Source: an uncultured virus (IMG/VR IMGVR_UViG_3300032116_011488)
Lineage: Duplodnaviria > Heunggongvirae > Uroviricota > Caudoviricetes
DNA: 20,000 nt
Virus record (IMG/VR): IMGVR_UViG_3300032116_011488
Location: 53,317 to 73,316 of that record
Reading direction: 5' to 3' (one strand)
Shown: one piece after another, positions 1 through 9,485 of the stretch
How the letters are laid out: the number at the start of each line of letters is the position of its first letter
How positions within the stretch are numbered: position 1 is the stretch's first letter
The notes under the pieces: model-generated
What the model saw: only the letters and a program-made list of their open reading frames with translations
Database searches by the model: none
Told to the model about the DNA's origin: nothing
Position numbers and translations under genes: made by a program

Positions 1-1
1 A

Positions 2-880
2 GATATTGCCGCAGCAACTCAACTGGTATACGAACATAATTTGTTCTCGTTGTTAGACCAAGTAGCCAAAGAAACCGATATCAGAAACTTGTGCCTCGGT
101 GGTGGATGTGCATACAACGGGGTGGCTAACGGTAAAATAAAGAACATCACTCCGTTTACAGAATTATGGATACCACCCGCTCCATCTGATGCTGGGTCGT
201 CTGTTGGTGCCGTACTAGGATATTTACGACACCAAAATGGATTTGAACATCGGGTAAAAGAAACCCCGTTCCTAGGACCAGAATATTCTGACGAAGATAT
301 TATCAACCAACTACCAGGAGTAAAGCTAAAGAAAGTCAGTGATAGTAAATTATACGAACTGGTTTCCCAAGAATTACAGAAGGGGAAAGTAGTTGGGTGG
401 CTCAGAGGTAAGTCTGAATTCGGTGCAAGAGCATTAGGGCATCGGTCAATCCTAGCAAACCCATTCATCGATGGAACCAGAGATAAGGTAAACAGTATCA
501 TTAAGAAGAGAGAAGGGTTTCGTCCGTTTGCACCTATGGTCCGCTATGATATTCAATCTGAATATTTTCACGAAGAGGACTATGTTCCGTATATGAACCA
601 AGTGGTTAATGTCAAGGAAGAACATCGAAACTTATTGAAAGAAGTGTCAAATGTCGATGGTACGGCTAGAATACAGAGTGTGAAACGGGCTGAGAACCCT
701 ACCATCCATAAGTTACTTACGAAGTTCTCAGAAGTATCGGGTAATCCACCCATCCTATTGAATACATCATTTAATGTTCGGGGTCAAACGATGGTCTTGA
801 CACCACGCATGGCATATGATACATTTATAAGTACCGATATTGGCGTACTAGTATTAAATAATTTTATTATAATAAAGTGA
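2..880 (+). CDS. Carbamoyltransferase, NodU/CmcH/TobZ family (5'-partial; C-terminal part)
   Basis: The frame is open from base 2 (DIAAATQLVYE...). Family motifs are LGGGCAYNGVANGKI, PAPSDAGSSVGA, EFGARALGHRSILA, IKKREGFRPFAP, VDGTARIQSV and LLNTSFN. Confidence 0.93.
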   Translation, partial: DIAAATQLVYEHNLFSLLDQVAKETDIRNLCLGGGCAYNGVANGKIKNITPFTELWIPPAPSDAGSSVGAVLGYLRHQNGFEHRVKETPFLGPEYSDEDIINQLPGVKLKKVSDSKLYELVSQELQKGKVVGWLRGKSEFGARALGHRSILANPFIDGTRDKVNSIIKKREGFRPFAPMVRYDIQSEYFHEEDYVPYMNQVVNVKEEHRNLLKEVSNVDGTARIQSVKRAENPTIHKLLTKFSEVSGNPPILLNTSFNVRGQTMVLTPRMAYDTFISTDIGVLVLNNFIIIK

Positions 881-889
881 GGAAGTGTT

Positions 890-1294
890 ATGAGTGAAAG
901 AAAGTATTTGCCCACCTTAGCAGAGCTTGTGGATAGACTATCTATTTCGCAGCTGAAAGAAGTATTCATCCCACAACATAAGGGTGAGTATTCACAAGAA
1001 ATTAAAGATATTGTTCACGATATTCAACTAGTACTGGACGAACAGCAAGGTGCGATTACCGCCGAAACTATTCGTGCTATTGTAGTATTGGCACAGATGA
1101 ATCTACACATTTGGCATAACGAATCAAACTATCGTAAGGGTATCAAGGAGGGTAACAATCTTGAACTTACCCACGGTATCAATGGTATTCGTAACACCGC
1201 CAAGAACAAGATTCAAGAAATCGTTGGTGGTCGGAAGGACTACAAGATTGATTGTTTAGCGGCTGAATTTAAAGATTGGGAAATTAGCTGGTAA
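890..1294 (+). CDS. Helical hypothetical protein, DUF6165/DUF4254-like
   Basis: 134 aa with GAGGA upstream. The pattern LAELVDRLSI..LK / N..IWH.E..YR / NGIR..AK.KI resembles these DUF families from memory. Confidence 0.6.
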   Translation: MSERKYLPTLAELVDRLSISQLKEVFIPQHKGEYSQEIKDIVHDIQLVLDEQQGAITAETIRAIVVLAQMNLHIWHNESNYRKGIKEGNNLELTHGINGIRNTAKNKIQEIVGGRKDYKIDCLAAEFKDWEISW

Positions 1295-1295
1295 C

Positions 1296-2252
1296 ATGAA
1301 GAAATATAAATATTTGGTAGTGTGTGGATGTTCGTTATCATACGGTCAGCACTGTCCTGCCAATCAAACTTATGCGAAATTATTAGCAGATAAGTTAGGA
1401 CTGACACTAATAAATTTGTCTACTCCAGCTACTGGTTGGTACTCGGTGGAAACAAATATAACATCATTTATACAAAATAACAAAAGTATACTTGATGAAT
1501 GTTTTTTCATACTACAAAAATCAATGTTGGATAGGCGAGTGAACTACGAAGAGGTTTCTACATGTAGAACAGATGTGTGGGAAAAATGGAACATAAAGTA
1601 TATGTCACCTATCAATGTGTTATTTCATGGATTTAATGATTGGTATACATATTTTGGACAAGACAAAGCAAGGATATATACTACCAAAGATGTATCTATG
1701 TCTGAATTAGCAATATCAATTTTTCCAGAGCATAAGCGTTCTATAGACCGACATAATCAAGGTTCATTTTACTGGAAATTGCAAGAAGGCATGTTAGATG
1801 TACAAGCAGTTTTTGAGGAAATCATGTTACATTGGGCTATGCGAATAAATTCGTTTCACTTGTTCCTTAAAAATTTAAATCTTGACCATATAATTGTTGA
1901 TGGGTATTCTCCATTTTTGTCATATAAATTAAATTTTACAAATTATTATGATACCGACGATGATTACGAAATGGTAAAAAGATTCTGGTCAACCCAACCA
2001 ACCACCACTCACGCAAATACTGACTTTATTTTTGATTTTAAAAATATAAAAGCAGGATGGATATTTGATTCTATAGATACAAAATATAAGATAGATGACG
2101 TAGTACTTTGGGGATTGTATTTATTCAAGCAAATAGGAACAGCTTGGAATATCGATGGAGGTCATGCTGGACCGCTGGGCATGCAACTGATAGCAAATAC
2201 GATATATAAGAATCTATTGAATAAAGGTTGGTTTTTGCCGGAGAATACATGA
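1296..2252 (+). CDS. SGNH/GDSL-hydrolase-like protein (copy 1)
   Basis: N-terminal VVCGCSLSYG (block I-like), INLS..ATG, and C-terminal DGGHAGPLGMQLIA (DxxH block V). Confidence 0.7.
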   Translation: MKKYKYLVVCGCSLSYGQHCPANQTYAKLLADKLGLTLINLSTPATGWYSVETNITSFIQNNKSILDECFFILQKSMLDRRVNYEEVSTCRTDVWEKWNIKYMSPINVLFHGFNDWYTYFGQDKARIYTTKDVSMSELAISIFPEHKRSIDRHNQGSFYWKLQEGMLDVQAVFEEIMLHWAMRINSFHLFLKNLNLDHIIVDGYSPFLSYKLNFTNYYDTDDDYEMVKRFWSTQPTTTHANTDFIFDFKNIKAGWIFDSIDTKYKIDDVVLWGLYLFKQIGTAWNIDGGHAGPLGMQLIANTIYKNLLNKGWFLPENT

Positions 2253-2974
2253 AGAAAAAATTATTAATAGGAGGATGTTCCTTCTCACAGTATCAAGGCC
2301 CTCCAACAGAAAGTCGTAAACCAAAATGGAAGCCGTGGACGGATTTTTTGATGGACGAATTTGAAGAAAAATTTAAAATCATAAACCGTGCGCAGAGTTC
2401 ATTTGGCCAAGGTATGATTGCGCAATCTATTGTCGAAGAATTAATAAGATACAATTTTGAAGTTGATTATGTAATAATACAATGGTCAGCTATAGGTAGG
2501 TCTTATTCATTGAATAAAAAAGATTTCATCGATAGAGTAGTTCAGCATGGAGAATTACAATTCGCACCACATATGGAGGAGTACGTTACTGGTAAGCCAG
2601 AAGGGCAGGTAACAGGTAACAATCCTCTTATGGATGTGATAAATGAAACTTCTTCACATTTTTATACAGCATCTCTAATAAAAATATTGATGACGAAGGC
2701 ACTATTGGAAAACAAAAAGATTCCATACATAATGTTCTGGGGATGGCAGCAAATTACTACGGAAATTGAATACGAAAATAAAAAGATAATAGATTCAATT
2801 TATGATGAAAATTTTTGGAGATTTAATGATAATGGTGGAATGAACGAGTACATAGTATCTAATTTAGGAAAAGAGATAGGATTGGTGGGTAAAGGTGATT
2901 TTCATCCATCTACCACTGGGCAAAAGTTTTTTTATGATAATATAGTTAAGTCTTGGAAGTTTTTATGGGAGTAA
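2249..2974 (+). CDS. SGNH-like protein (copy 2)
   Basis: Start reassigned to ATG 2249 (ATGA overlap with the upstream stop, GGAG upstream). Motifs are IGGCSFS, IIQWSAIGR, GGMNEY and GDFHPS. Confidence 0.7.
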   Translation: MKKKLLIGGCSFSQYQGPPTESRKPKWKPWTDFLMDEFEEKFKIINRAQSSFGQGMIAQSIVEELIRYNFEVDYVIIQWSAIGRSYSLNKKDFIDRVVQHGELQFAPHMEEYVTGKPEGQVTGNNPLMDVINETSSHFYTASLIKILMTKALLENKKIPYIMFWGWQQITTEIEYENKKIIDSIYDENFWRFNDNGGMNEYIVSNLGKEIGLVGKGDFHPSTTGQKFFYDNIVKSWKFLWE

Positions 2975-3174
2975 TAGAAACTAAGAAAAGAACTATGTTT
3001 AAAACTATTAGTTGGAGATTGGTTGCGATATTAAATTCATTTTTAATTTTAACTATGAACCTAACTACAAACAATTTACTCAATGCGATATACATGAATA
3101 TTACTGGGTTTTTTGTTTTCTATTTTTTTGAAAGAGTTTGGGCCAATATACAATATGGGAGATACATAGAGTGA
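2965..3174 (+). CDS. DUF2061-like small membrane protein (copy 1)
   Basis: ATG 2965. ETKKRTMFKTISWR, two hydrophobic helices and YFFERVW give the KxxxWR...ERxW pattern of DUF2061. Confidence 0.75.
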   Translation: MGVIETKKRTMFKTISWRLVAILNSFLILTMNLTTNNLLNAIYMNITGFFVFYFFERVWANIQYGRYIE

Positions 3175-4370
3175 TATATGTTTTGGATATAGATGGTTGG
3201 CCGTTCGATTCACAGTGGCCCAGTAATAAGGAACCATTTCAATATGTAACATTAGAATACTTTATTAAAGATTTTTTGTTTAAAGGGAAACAAATTGCGG
3301 TACATAAAATAGAAGGCAATAACAAAATTTCCCCAGAGGCTGTAGATAAAATACTGACAGAAAATACAGATATTAAAGTATTTGCCTGTAATTTAGATGC
3401 ATTTGAAGACAAGCAGTCATTATTATTATATGATGAACAACTTTGTCAAAAATATCCGAACGTATTTTTTATATTTTTTTACCACGAATTAGATTTTACA
3501 TTTTTAGTAGACTCGACTAGCAAAGGTATAAAAAATATAAGTTATGTCGTTAATTCGTTCACTACAAATGATTATGAAGAACTTAATAAAAAGATATTTC
3601 CATACTATGTTATAAATTCCTACCTACAGAAAAATTATGAATCGATGTACAGAATGTACCATCCGAACTATAATCTAAGAAAAATTAAGAAATTTAATTT
3701 TCTAAATGGCATACATAAACCGCATAGATTAGCTGCGTACGAATTGATAAAAACGCATAATATGTTAGATGATGGTTTCTTTTCTTATTTAGATTACACA
3801 AAATTTTTAAAGAATGACCAACACAAAGAAACAACAGCTAACTGGTTGGACATAACCATAGAAGAACTAGAAACCAGATTATCTAACCTTGAAGTTCCTT
3901 ATTTGTTAGAAACATACGAACCAAAGAACCAACCTGGGGTATTTGCTGCACCGTTCTTAATTCCCTTTATATATTCTTGGCAAAGTTATATTTCGATTAC
4001 ATCTGAAACAAATTATATAGAACGTACAAACGTGGTATCCTTATCAGAAAAATCATTTAAAGCATTCGCTGGGTTTAATATTCCATTGATATATGGACAA
4101 CCCAATCTAGTTGAATATTTAAAAAAGTTAGGATTTGATATGTTCGATGATTTATTTGATAACACTGTTGTAAACAGCAAAGCAGAAACATTAAGTAAAC
4201 TGGATAGAAATTTACAAGTTATTAAAAATATGTCGTTAGAAGAATTACACAATTTCTATGTAAAAAATTACAATAGGGTACAAAATAATTTTTATAATCT
4301 AATTTACAAAATAAAAGATAGACACTTTAACCAAATTCAACAAAATGTTAATGAAATATTCAATAAGTGA
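3171..4370 (+). CDS. Hypothetical protein, possibly glycosyltransferase-like (GT10-like C-terminal motif)
   Basis: The likely GTG start overlaps the upstream TGA. YISITSET...LSEKSFKAF...PLIYGQ...YLKKLGFDMFDDLFD resembles the E(N/T)...(S/T)EK..P motif of alpha-1,3-fucosyltransferase-like proteins. The ORF is certain; the function is tentative. Confidence 0.5.
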   Translation: MIYVLDIDGWPFDSQWPSNKEPFQYVTLEYFIKDFLFKGKQIAVHKIEGNNKISPEAVDKILTENTDIKVFACNLDAFEDKQSLLLYDEQLCQKYPNVFFIFFYHELDFTFLVDSTSKGIKNISYVVNSFTTNDYEELNKKIFPYYVINSYLQKNYESMYRMYHPNYNLRKIKKFNFLNGIHKPHRLAAYELIKTHNMLDDGFFSYLDYTKFLKNDQHKETTANWLDITIEELETRLSNLEVPYLLETYEPKNQPGVFAAPFLIPFIYSWQSYISITSETNYIERTNVVSLSEKSFKAFAGFNIPLIYGQPNLVEYLKKLGFDMFDDLFDNTVVNSKAETLSKLDRNLQVIKNMSLEELHNFYVKNYNRVQNNFYNLIYKIKDRHFNQIQQNVNEIFNK

Positions 4371-4977
4371 TTCGTGGGACTGGGTTACACATTTTGAAAA
4401 TACTATAGCAGAGTATTGTGGGTCACGGTATGCAGTTGCGTGTGATTCCAACACCAATGCAATACGACTTGTATTACACTATCTGGGTATACAAAATCAA
4501 CGCATACATATTCCGGCGAGAACATATGTGTCTGTACCGAACCAAATTATACTATCAGGAAATACACCAGTATTCGTAGATATTGATTGGCAAGGGTTGT
4601 ACAATATTGGAAATACTTCTATTGTTGATGCGGCTACCGCATTTTATAAGGGAATGTACCAAGAAAAGTATACCATATTATCTTTTCATCTTAAGAAAAT
4701 TTTGAACATCGGAACGGGTGGTATGATTCTGACCAACGATAAAGAGTTTGAACAATGGGCACGCCCTATGATTTATGATGGTAGACATAAGAACAAAATG
4801 TACGTTGATGACCAATTTGAGTGTGTAGGTTGGCATATGTATATGACTCCAGAACAAGCCAAGCGTGGATTAGAAATATTTCATTCCGACAAAATTAAAG
4901 ATTGGAACTCTCCGTGTGGTGGAAGTTGGTTATACAAAGATTTACGAGAACAAAATGTTTTTAAGAGTTACGTATGA
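4351..4977 (+). CDS. Short DegT/DnrJ/EryC1/StrS PLP-dependent aminotransferase-like protein
   Basis: Motifs are FE..IAEYCGSRYAVA, IPARTYVSV, PVFVD, VDAA and SFHLKKILNIGTGGMILTND (PLP-Lys region). Start is 4345 or 4351. Confidence 0.85.
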   Translation: MKYSISDSWDWVTHFENTIAEYCGSRYAVACDSNTNAIRLVLHYLGIQNQRIHIPARTYVSVPNQIILSGNTPVFVDIDWQGLYNIGNTSIVDAATAFYKGMYQEKYTILSFHLKKILNIGTGGMILTNDKEFEQWARPMIYDGRHKNKMYVDDQFECVGWHMYMTPEQAKRGLEIFHSDKIKDWNSPCGGSWLYKDLREQNVFKSYV

Positions 4978-5321
4978 CAAATTTAGTTTATTTTTTCTAT
5001 TCTCTGGGATTATTTATTTTAGGTTCATTTGGTCACTGGTATATTATGTATTGGCAATTTAAGAATCCTAATTGGATTAAAATGCCGACGCCATACATAC
5101 TAGCAGCAGCGTCCGCATTTTTCTGGATTTCCGCATCTCATTACGGGGTTAAAGCATTCAACGGTGAGATGTGGTCAAACAGATTTTTGTTTTTCGTTAC
5201 TGGTATAATGGTAGCAGCAATACTTTATCCTTATCATTTTAATCAACCATTTACAGGAAAGACGTTTGTACAACTACTTCTTTCACTAACCATAATTCTT
5301 GTAAGTTTACTTTGGAAATAA
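4974..5321 (+). CDS. Small four-helix membrane protein (SMR/DMT-like size and topology)
   Basis: 115 aa with four hydrophobic segments and an ATGA overlap with the upstream gene. Confidence 0.6.
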   Translation: MTNLVYFFYSLGLFILGSFGHWYIMYWQFKNPNWIKMPTPYILAAASAFFWISASHYGVKAFNGEMWSNRFLFFVTGIMVAAILYPYHFNQPFTGKTFVQLLLSLTIILVSLLWK

Positions 5322-5322
5322 T

Positions 5323-6027
5323 ATGAAACAAAAACTATTTCATTATGGGTGTTCGTTCACAGAAAACATTCGTTCATTTAAACTACATAACTTGTTTACG
5401 GACAAGTATGATTATCATAATCACGGTTTAGCTAGTTCCGGTAACGGATTGATTTTTGATACTTTTAAGAAAACCGCAGAATCAGATTCTATAGCTATTT
5501 TACAGTGGTCATCTCTTACTCGTCCTCGGGATGAAAATTATAAAATATTAGAAACGTCTGATAATCCATTGTATGATTATTTGGAAGAATGGTATGGTAC
5601 CTTATCCGAAGCAAGAGAATTTTCCAATAAAAATAATATAAAACTAGTACAGTATATTGGATGGGCTGAGTGGAAGGACTCTGAGTTAAACGATTATCAT
5701 AGAAATAAACTTCAATCGTTTGGTATACATTGGTTTAAGTCTAAAAAGCAGTGGGACATAATTGCATCAAATTGTTTTCAATTTGAGGATCCTTACGAAT
5801 GGAGTTCTCCTCCCAGACAGTTACCAGATGGAGAATATTTCCTTTGGTCAGATATAGAATGGGGCGGCATGAGTGAATGGATTAGATCAAATATAGAGAT
5901 ACACGATAGATATAGGGGATGGACGGATGACACAGTTGCGGGAACCACATATTATGACCCGCACCCATCGGAGTATGCTAGTATTCAGTTTATAAAGGAA
6001 TTTTTATTAAAAACATTGGAAATGTAA
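5323..6027 (+). CDS. SGNH-like protein (copy 3)
   Basis: Motifs are HYGCSFT, GLASSGN, ILQWSSLTR, GGMSEW and YDPHPS. Confidence 0.7.
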   Translation: MKQKLFHYGCSFTENIRSFKLHNLFTDKYDYHNHGLASSGNGLIFDTFKKTAESDSIAILQWSSLTRPRDENYKILETSDNPLYDYLEEWYGTLSEAREFSNKNNIKLVQYIGWAEWKDSELNDYHRNKLQSFGIHWFKSKKQWDIIASNCFQFEDPYEWSSPPRQLPDGEYFLWSDIEWGGMSEWIRSNIEIHDRYRGWTDDTVAGTTYYDPHPSEYASIQFIKEFLLKTLEM

Positions 6028-6028
6028 G

Positions 6029-6826
6029 ATGAAAACTATACTTTCTATTGGTTGTTCTTATGCTCTTGATTTAAATCAACACTATAAAAAAACTAGTACG
6101 CTTAGATTTTCATATGATGGTGCCTCGATAGAAACAATACTGGAAATGGTTAAGTATTTAGAAAGTACGGAAGAGCACTCAACTGAAAATTGGGTTGTGG
6201 GTATAACTCAAATAGGTAGATTGAATAAACAAATTCCAAAAGGATTAGAATGGCAATCTCCAACATTAATAAAACCTAGAAATTTATTTTTCGACAAAGA
6301 CCATAAATGGTGTTTTTTCTCGGAAGGACAAGAAGAAAAAGAAATGTCCTCTAATTTTTCATCAGAGTGGTGGAAAACCGAACATATCTCACACGTTTCC
6401 AAGCCAATAGAAGAACACATTAGAAATTATCTGAATGCTATTGTTGAAATACAAAATATTTTGAAAGATAAAAAATTTGTAATGTTTTTGATGAATAATA
6501 CATTAGATGGTTGGGTTTATAAAAAAGATGGTAGATTATCACATATATATTCTGAATATAAAGGTTTCGACATACCAGAATTTAATGACACATTCACATT
6601 AGAAAAGATATGTCCCAGAGAGTGGTCTAATATAGATTTTAGTAAATTTTGTTTGTATGAACACATGCAAAGTAAGTTTGGTGGGCTTGATGAATACACT
6701 ATACACAAGTATGGAGTAAATCATTTTGGTACGTATCAATCGGCGGATAAAAATGTATTTGGACAACATCCTATACACGAAGCACAATGGAATTTTTTCA
6801 ATGAGGTCATAAAACACAGATTATGA
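6029..6826 (+). CDS. SGNH-like protein (copy 4)
   Basis: Motifs are SIGCSYA, VGITQIGR, GGLDEY and FGQHPI. Confidence 0.6.
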   Translation: MKTILSIGCSYALDLNQHYKKTSTLRFSYDGASIETILEMVKYLESTEEHSTENWVVGITQIGRLNKQIPKGLEWQSPTLIKPRNLFFDKDHKWCFFSEGQEEKEMSSNFSSEWWKTEHISHVSKPIEEHIRNYLNAIVEIQNILKDKKFVMFLMNNTLDGWVYKKDGRLSHIYSEYKGFDIPEFNDTFTLEKICPREWSNIDFSKFCLYEHMQSKFGGLDEYTIHKYGVNHFGTYQSADKNVFGQHPIHEAQWNFFNEVIKHRL

Positions 6827-7608
6827 TAAATAAAAAAACAGAATGGGATTTTAATAAATCCGAATATGGATTTGGCAGAACTAAAATTGATAATTTCTTG
6901 GACGAAAACACCGTTCGGGCTTTATATGAAGAATGTGTAAACGCACCAAAGGGCGGATGGACTGTGTTTACTCGCGCGGGTTCTCGTATGGAAGAGTTTA
7001 ACGACTTGATTTCTTTACCGACCGCACACAGGATTACATATGATATTATGCACTCCGGTGAGTTCTTATATGAACTAGAACAAATGACTGGTATCGTTGG
7101 ATTACTACCAGACCCACATTTAGTTGGTTCGGGATATTCGATTATCAGAAATGGTAACACACTTGGGTGCCATTACGACTTTAACTGGAATGACCGTATC
7201 CGATTACATAGAAAATTGACATCATTGTTGTACATTACCCCAGACTGGCAAGACGAATGGGGTGGACATATTCAATATTATGATGATAATATAGATGTTA
7301 ATCCGAACGCAAAACTAATTGAATCGGTGGCACCAAGATTTAATAGATTTGTTATCAACGAGAATATTAAGCACGGACCATATCACAGAGTAAGTGCGGT
7401 AAATGCACCAGATGATATTGGTCGGTGTGCTATCAGGTTCTTCTATTATATCAGTACTTCTGATCCAGATAAAGACAATCCACCACACAGAAGTACTTAT
7501 AAATCCAACGAATATTCACATCACAAGCTATATGAAGAAGAAACTTGGGATGGGCATTTCGTAGGAAATGGCGGGGAAGACTACGGATATAACCACACGA
7601 ATAAATAA
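6823..7608 (+). CDS. 2OG-Fe(II) oxygenase (prolyl-4-hydroxylase-like, 2OG-FeII_Oxy_3 type)
   Basis: Motifs are LLPDPHLVGSG, HYD (HxD), LLYITPDWQDEWGG, PRFNR, a distal His in YHRV and the 2OG-binding Arg in RCAIRFFYY. Confidence 0.9.
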   Translation: MINKKTEWDFNKSEYGFGRTKIDNFLDENTVRALYEECVNAPKGGWTVFTRAGSRMEEFNDLISLPTAHRITYDIMHSGEFLYELEQMTGIVGLLPDPHLVGSGYSIIRNGNTLGCHYDFNWNDRIRLHRKLTSLLYITPDWQDEWGGHIQYYDDNIDVNPNAKLIESVAPRFNRFVINENIKHGPYHRVSAVNAPDDIGRCAIRFFYYISTSDPDKDNPPHRSTYKSNEYSHHKLYEEETWDGHFVGNGGEDYGYNHTNK

Positions 7609-8255
7609 TGTATTGTGTTTTCCACTTACCGAGAACAGGCTCAAGATATTTACACAGTTTAATTAATAGTAGCTTGTCATATCTTGACCCAAGACACATA
7701 GGTACACATTTAGAACCATTCAATCCTGAGTTCAACACTTTAAATGATATTGAACATAAGTTTGAAGAGTTCACTAATAACGAACCACCGACAACCGTGA
7801 AAATGGTTATCAATCATTATCCGTGGTTAGCGGATAAATTCATACAGCACCAAAAATACACTACGATTTTTATAAAACCTTTAAATTATAGAAAACGTTT
7901 ATTGAAAGCACTGGTAGAAAAACATTTCAGAACATACAGTAACGGAACGAATAGAAAGGATGTAAGAGAGCCATTTGTGGGTAAATTAAAGTTTTCTGAT
8001 GAATTAATAGAAGAACGTTTTTTTCATTACAAACTTCATATGGAATATGAAACACGATGCGACTATGTTTTTTATGATGAGTATTTATTCACGCATACAA
8101 CTGACGTATTAACTAAATTGAATTTACCATTAGTTACTACAAGATATAAACGGGTGGCACCATACTATTCAGATGAAGATATGCTAGAAAATATTGATGA
8201 GTTCAACAAACAATACGATAAACTTAGTGTAAAAATTTTTGGATATGTTGTATGA
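7608..8255 (+). CDS. Sulfotransferase-like protein (Stf0-like P-loop fold), copy 1
   Basis: N-terminal HLPRTGSRYL (5'-PSB-like loop) followed by EPFNP and VKM. Confidence 0.65.
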   Translation: MYCVFHLPRTGSRYLHSLINSSLSYLDPRHIGTHLEPFNPEFNTLNDIEHKFEEFTNNEPPTTVKMVINHYPWLADKFIQHQKYTTIFIKPLNYRKRLLKALVEKHFRTYSNGTNRKDVREPFVGKLKFSDELIEERFFHYKLHMEYETRCDYVFYDEYLFTHTTDVLTKLNLPLVTTRYKRVAPYYSDEDMLENIDEFNKQYDKLSVKIFGYVV

Positions 8256-8833
8256 TAACAAATGAATTGTTAAAAATAGAACGTATCAAACCTACTGATA
8301 TGGTAGGTATAATGTTGTCTGGTGGAATGGATAGTGCATTATTATTATATCTACTAGCTAAAAATTTAACTAATCAAATAATTCCGTTCACTGTTCCAAA
8401 AACAGATGGTGCGAAACATTACGTCGTACCGATTGTTACGTGGGTAAATAATAAACTAAATAAAAACATACCAGAACCACAGTTGATAGGAAATCCATCA
8501 GTATATCATTCTCAAATAATAAACCATTCTTTAAAGGAAATAGAAGAAATGTACGATGTTTTATACTTTGCAGGAAATTCATATCCAGAAAATATATTGC
8601 CTGGCGGACCCAATCGTACTAAAAGAACAAATTCCAAACATTTACAACCATTTTTTGAGTTATATAAAACAGATATCTTACGAGGATATATAACTTATGA
8701 TATAATGGATTTAATATTACTAACTCATACGTGCACAGAATTAGAATATGGTAGATGTAATGTCTGTTGGCAATGCAAGGAAAGAGAATGGGCCTTCAAA
8801 GAACTAGATATATTAGACAGAGGGATACAATGA
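8252..8833 (+). CDS. QueC-like PP-loop ATPase (copy 1)
   Basis: MLSGGMDSALL PP-loop, QPF..LYKTDI, and THTC-x7-CNVCWQCKER Zn motif. Confidence 0.85.
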   Translation: MITNELLKIERIKPTDMVGIMLSGGMDSALLLYLLAKNLTNQIIPFTVPKTDGAKHYVVPIVTWVNNKLNKNIPEPQLIGNPSVYHSQIINHSLKEIEEMYDVLYFAGNSYPENILPGGPNRTKRTNSKHLQPFFELYKTDILRGYITYDIMDLILLTHTCTELEYGRCNVCWQCKEREWAFKELDILDRGIQ

Positions 8834-8849
8834 TAATAGAGATATTAAT

Positions 8850-9485
8850 ATGTATTGTATAGTTGCATTACCTAAAACTGCTTCTACACTTACATGGCAC
8901 ATAATTGATGACGCACTGAAACGAAATAATTTAAACTGTGATTACGGAGATATAGAACCATTTAATCCATATAATAAAAATTATACACCTAGATTAGAAA
9001 ACCAAGAAATTATTTATCAACGTTTGTTGATTAGTAAACCGTTACCATTGATAAAATTATTAACTAACTATAACTACAATATATTTAATTGGTTTAATAA
9101 TTCACCGTATCAATTGATTTTTTTAAAACCAAAAAACATTAGAAAACAAATACTTGGTTCATTAATAGGCAACGTGACAAAAAATTATTTTGGTATAAGA
9201 GAAGAACGATTGGAGTTGAAAGGTAAGTTAAAATTTGAAAGATATAAAATAGAACAAAAAGTGTTCGCATACAAAAAACATATGAGACTAGAACGATTCT
9301 GTAAATACAGTTTTTACGATACAGAAATCATAACCAATCCAAATTATTTATTAGAAACTTTAAAGTTACACAAAACAGAAACAGTATATAATAATTACAC
9401 ACTACCAATTATCAGCGATGATGATATGTTAGAAGATATTGATGAGTTTAATAAACTATATGAGGAGTGTATTAATACATTATGA
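8850..9485 (+). CDS. Sulfotransferase-like protein, copy 2 (paralog of 7608-8255)
   Basis: ALPKTASTL and EPFNP. It shares the MYC start, IFxKPxNxRK, GKLKF, FYD and SDxDMLExIDEFNKxY with copy 1. Confidence 0.62.
   Translation: MYCIVALPKTASTLTWHIIDDALKRNNLNCDYGDIEPFNPYNKNYTPRLENQEIIYQRLLISKPLPLIKLLTNYNYNIFNWFNNSPYQLIFLKPKNIRKQILGSLIGNVTKNYFGIREERLELKGKLKFERYKIEQKVFAYKKHMRLERFCKYSFYDTEIITNPNYLLETLKLHKTETVYNNYTLPIISDDDMLEDIDEFNKLYEECINTL

Noticed and set aside
2228..3170. Longer TTG starts given in the ORF track (2228, 2953, 3138; also GTG 14653)
   Set aside because: Downstream ATG/GTG starts at 2249, 2965, 3171 and 14662 fit stop/start overlaps, RBS position or domain boundaries better.
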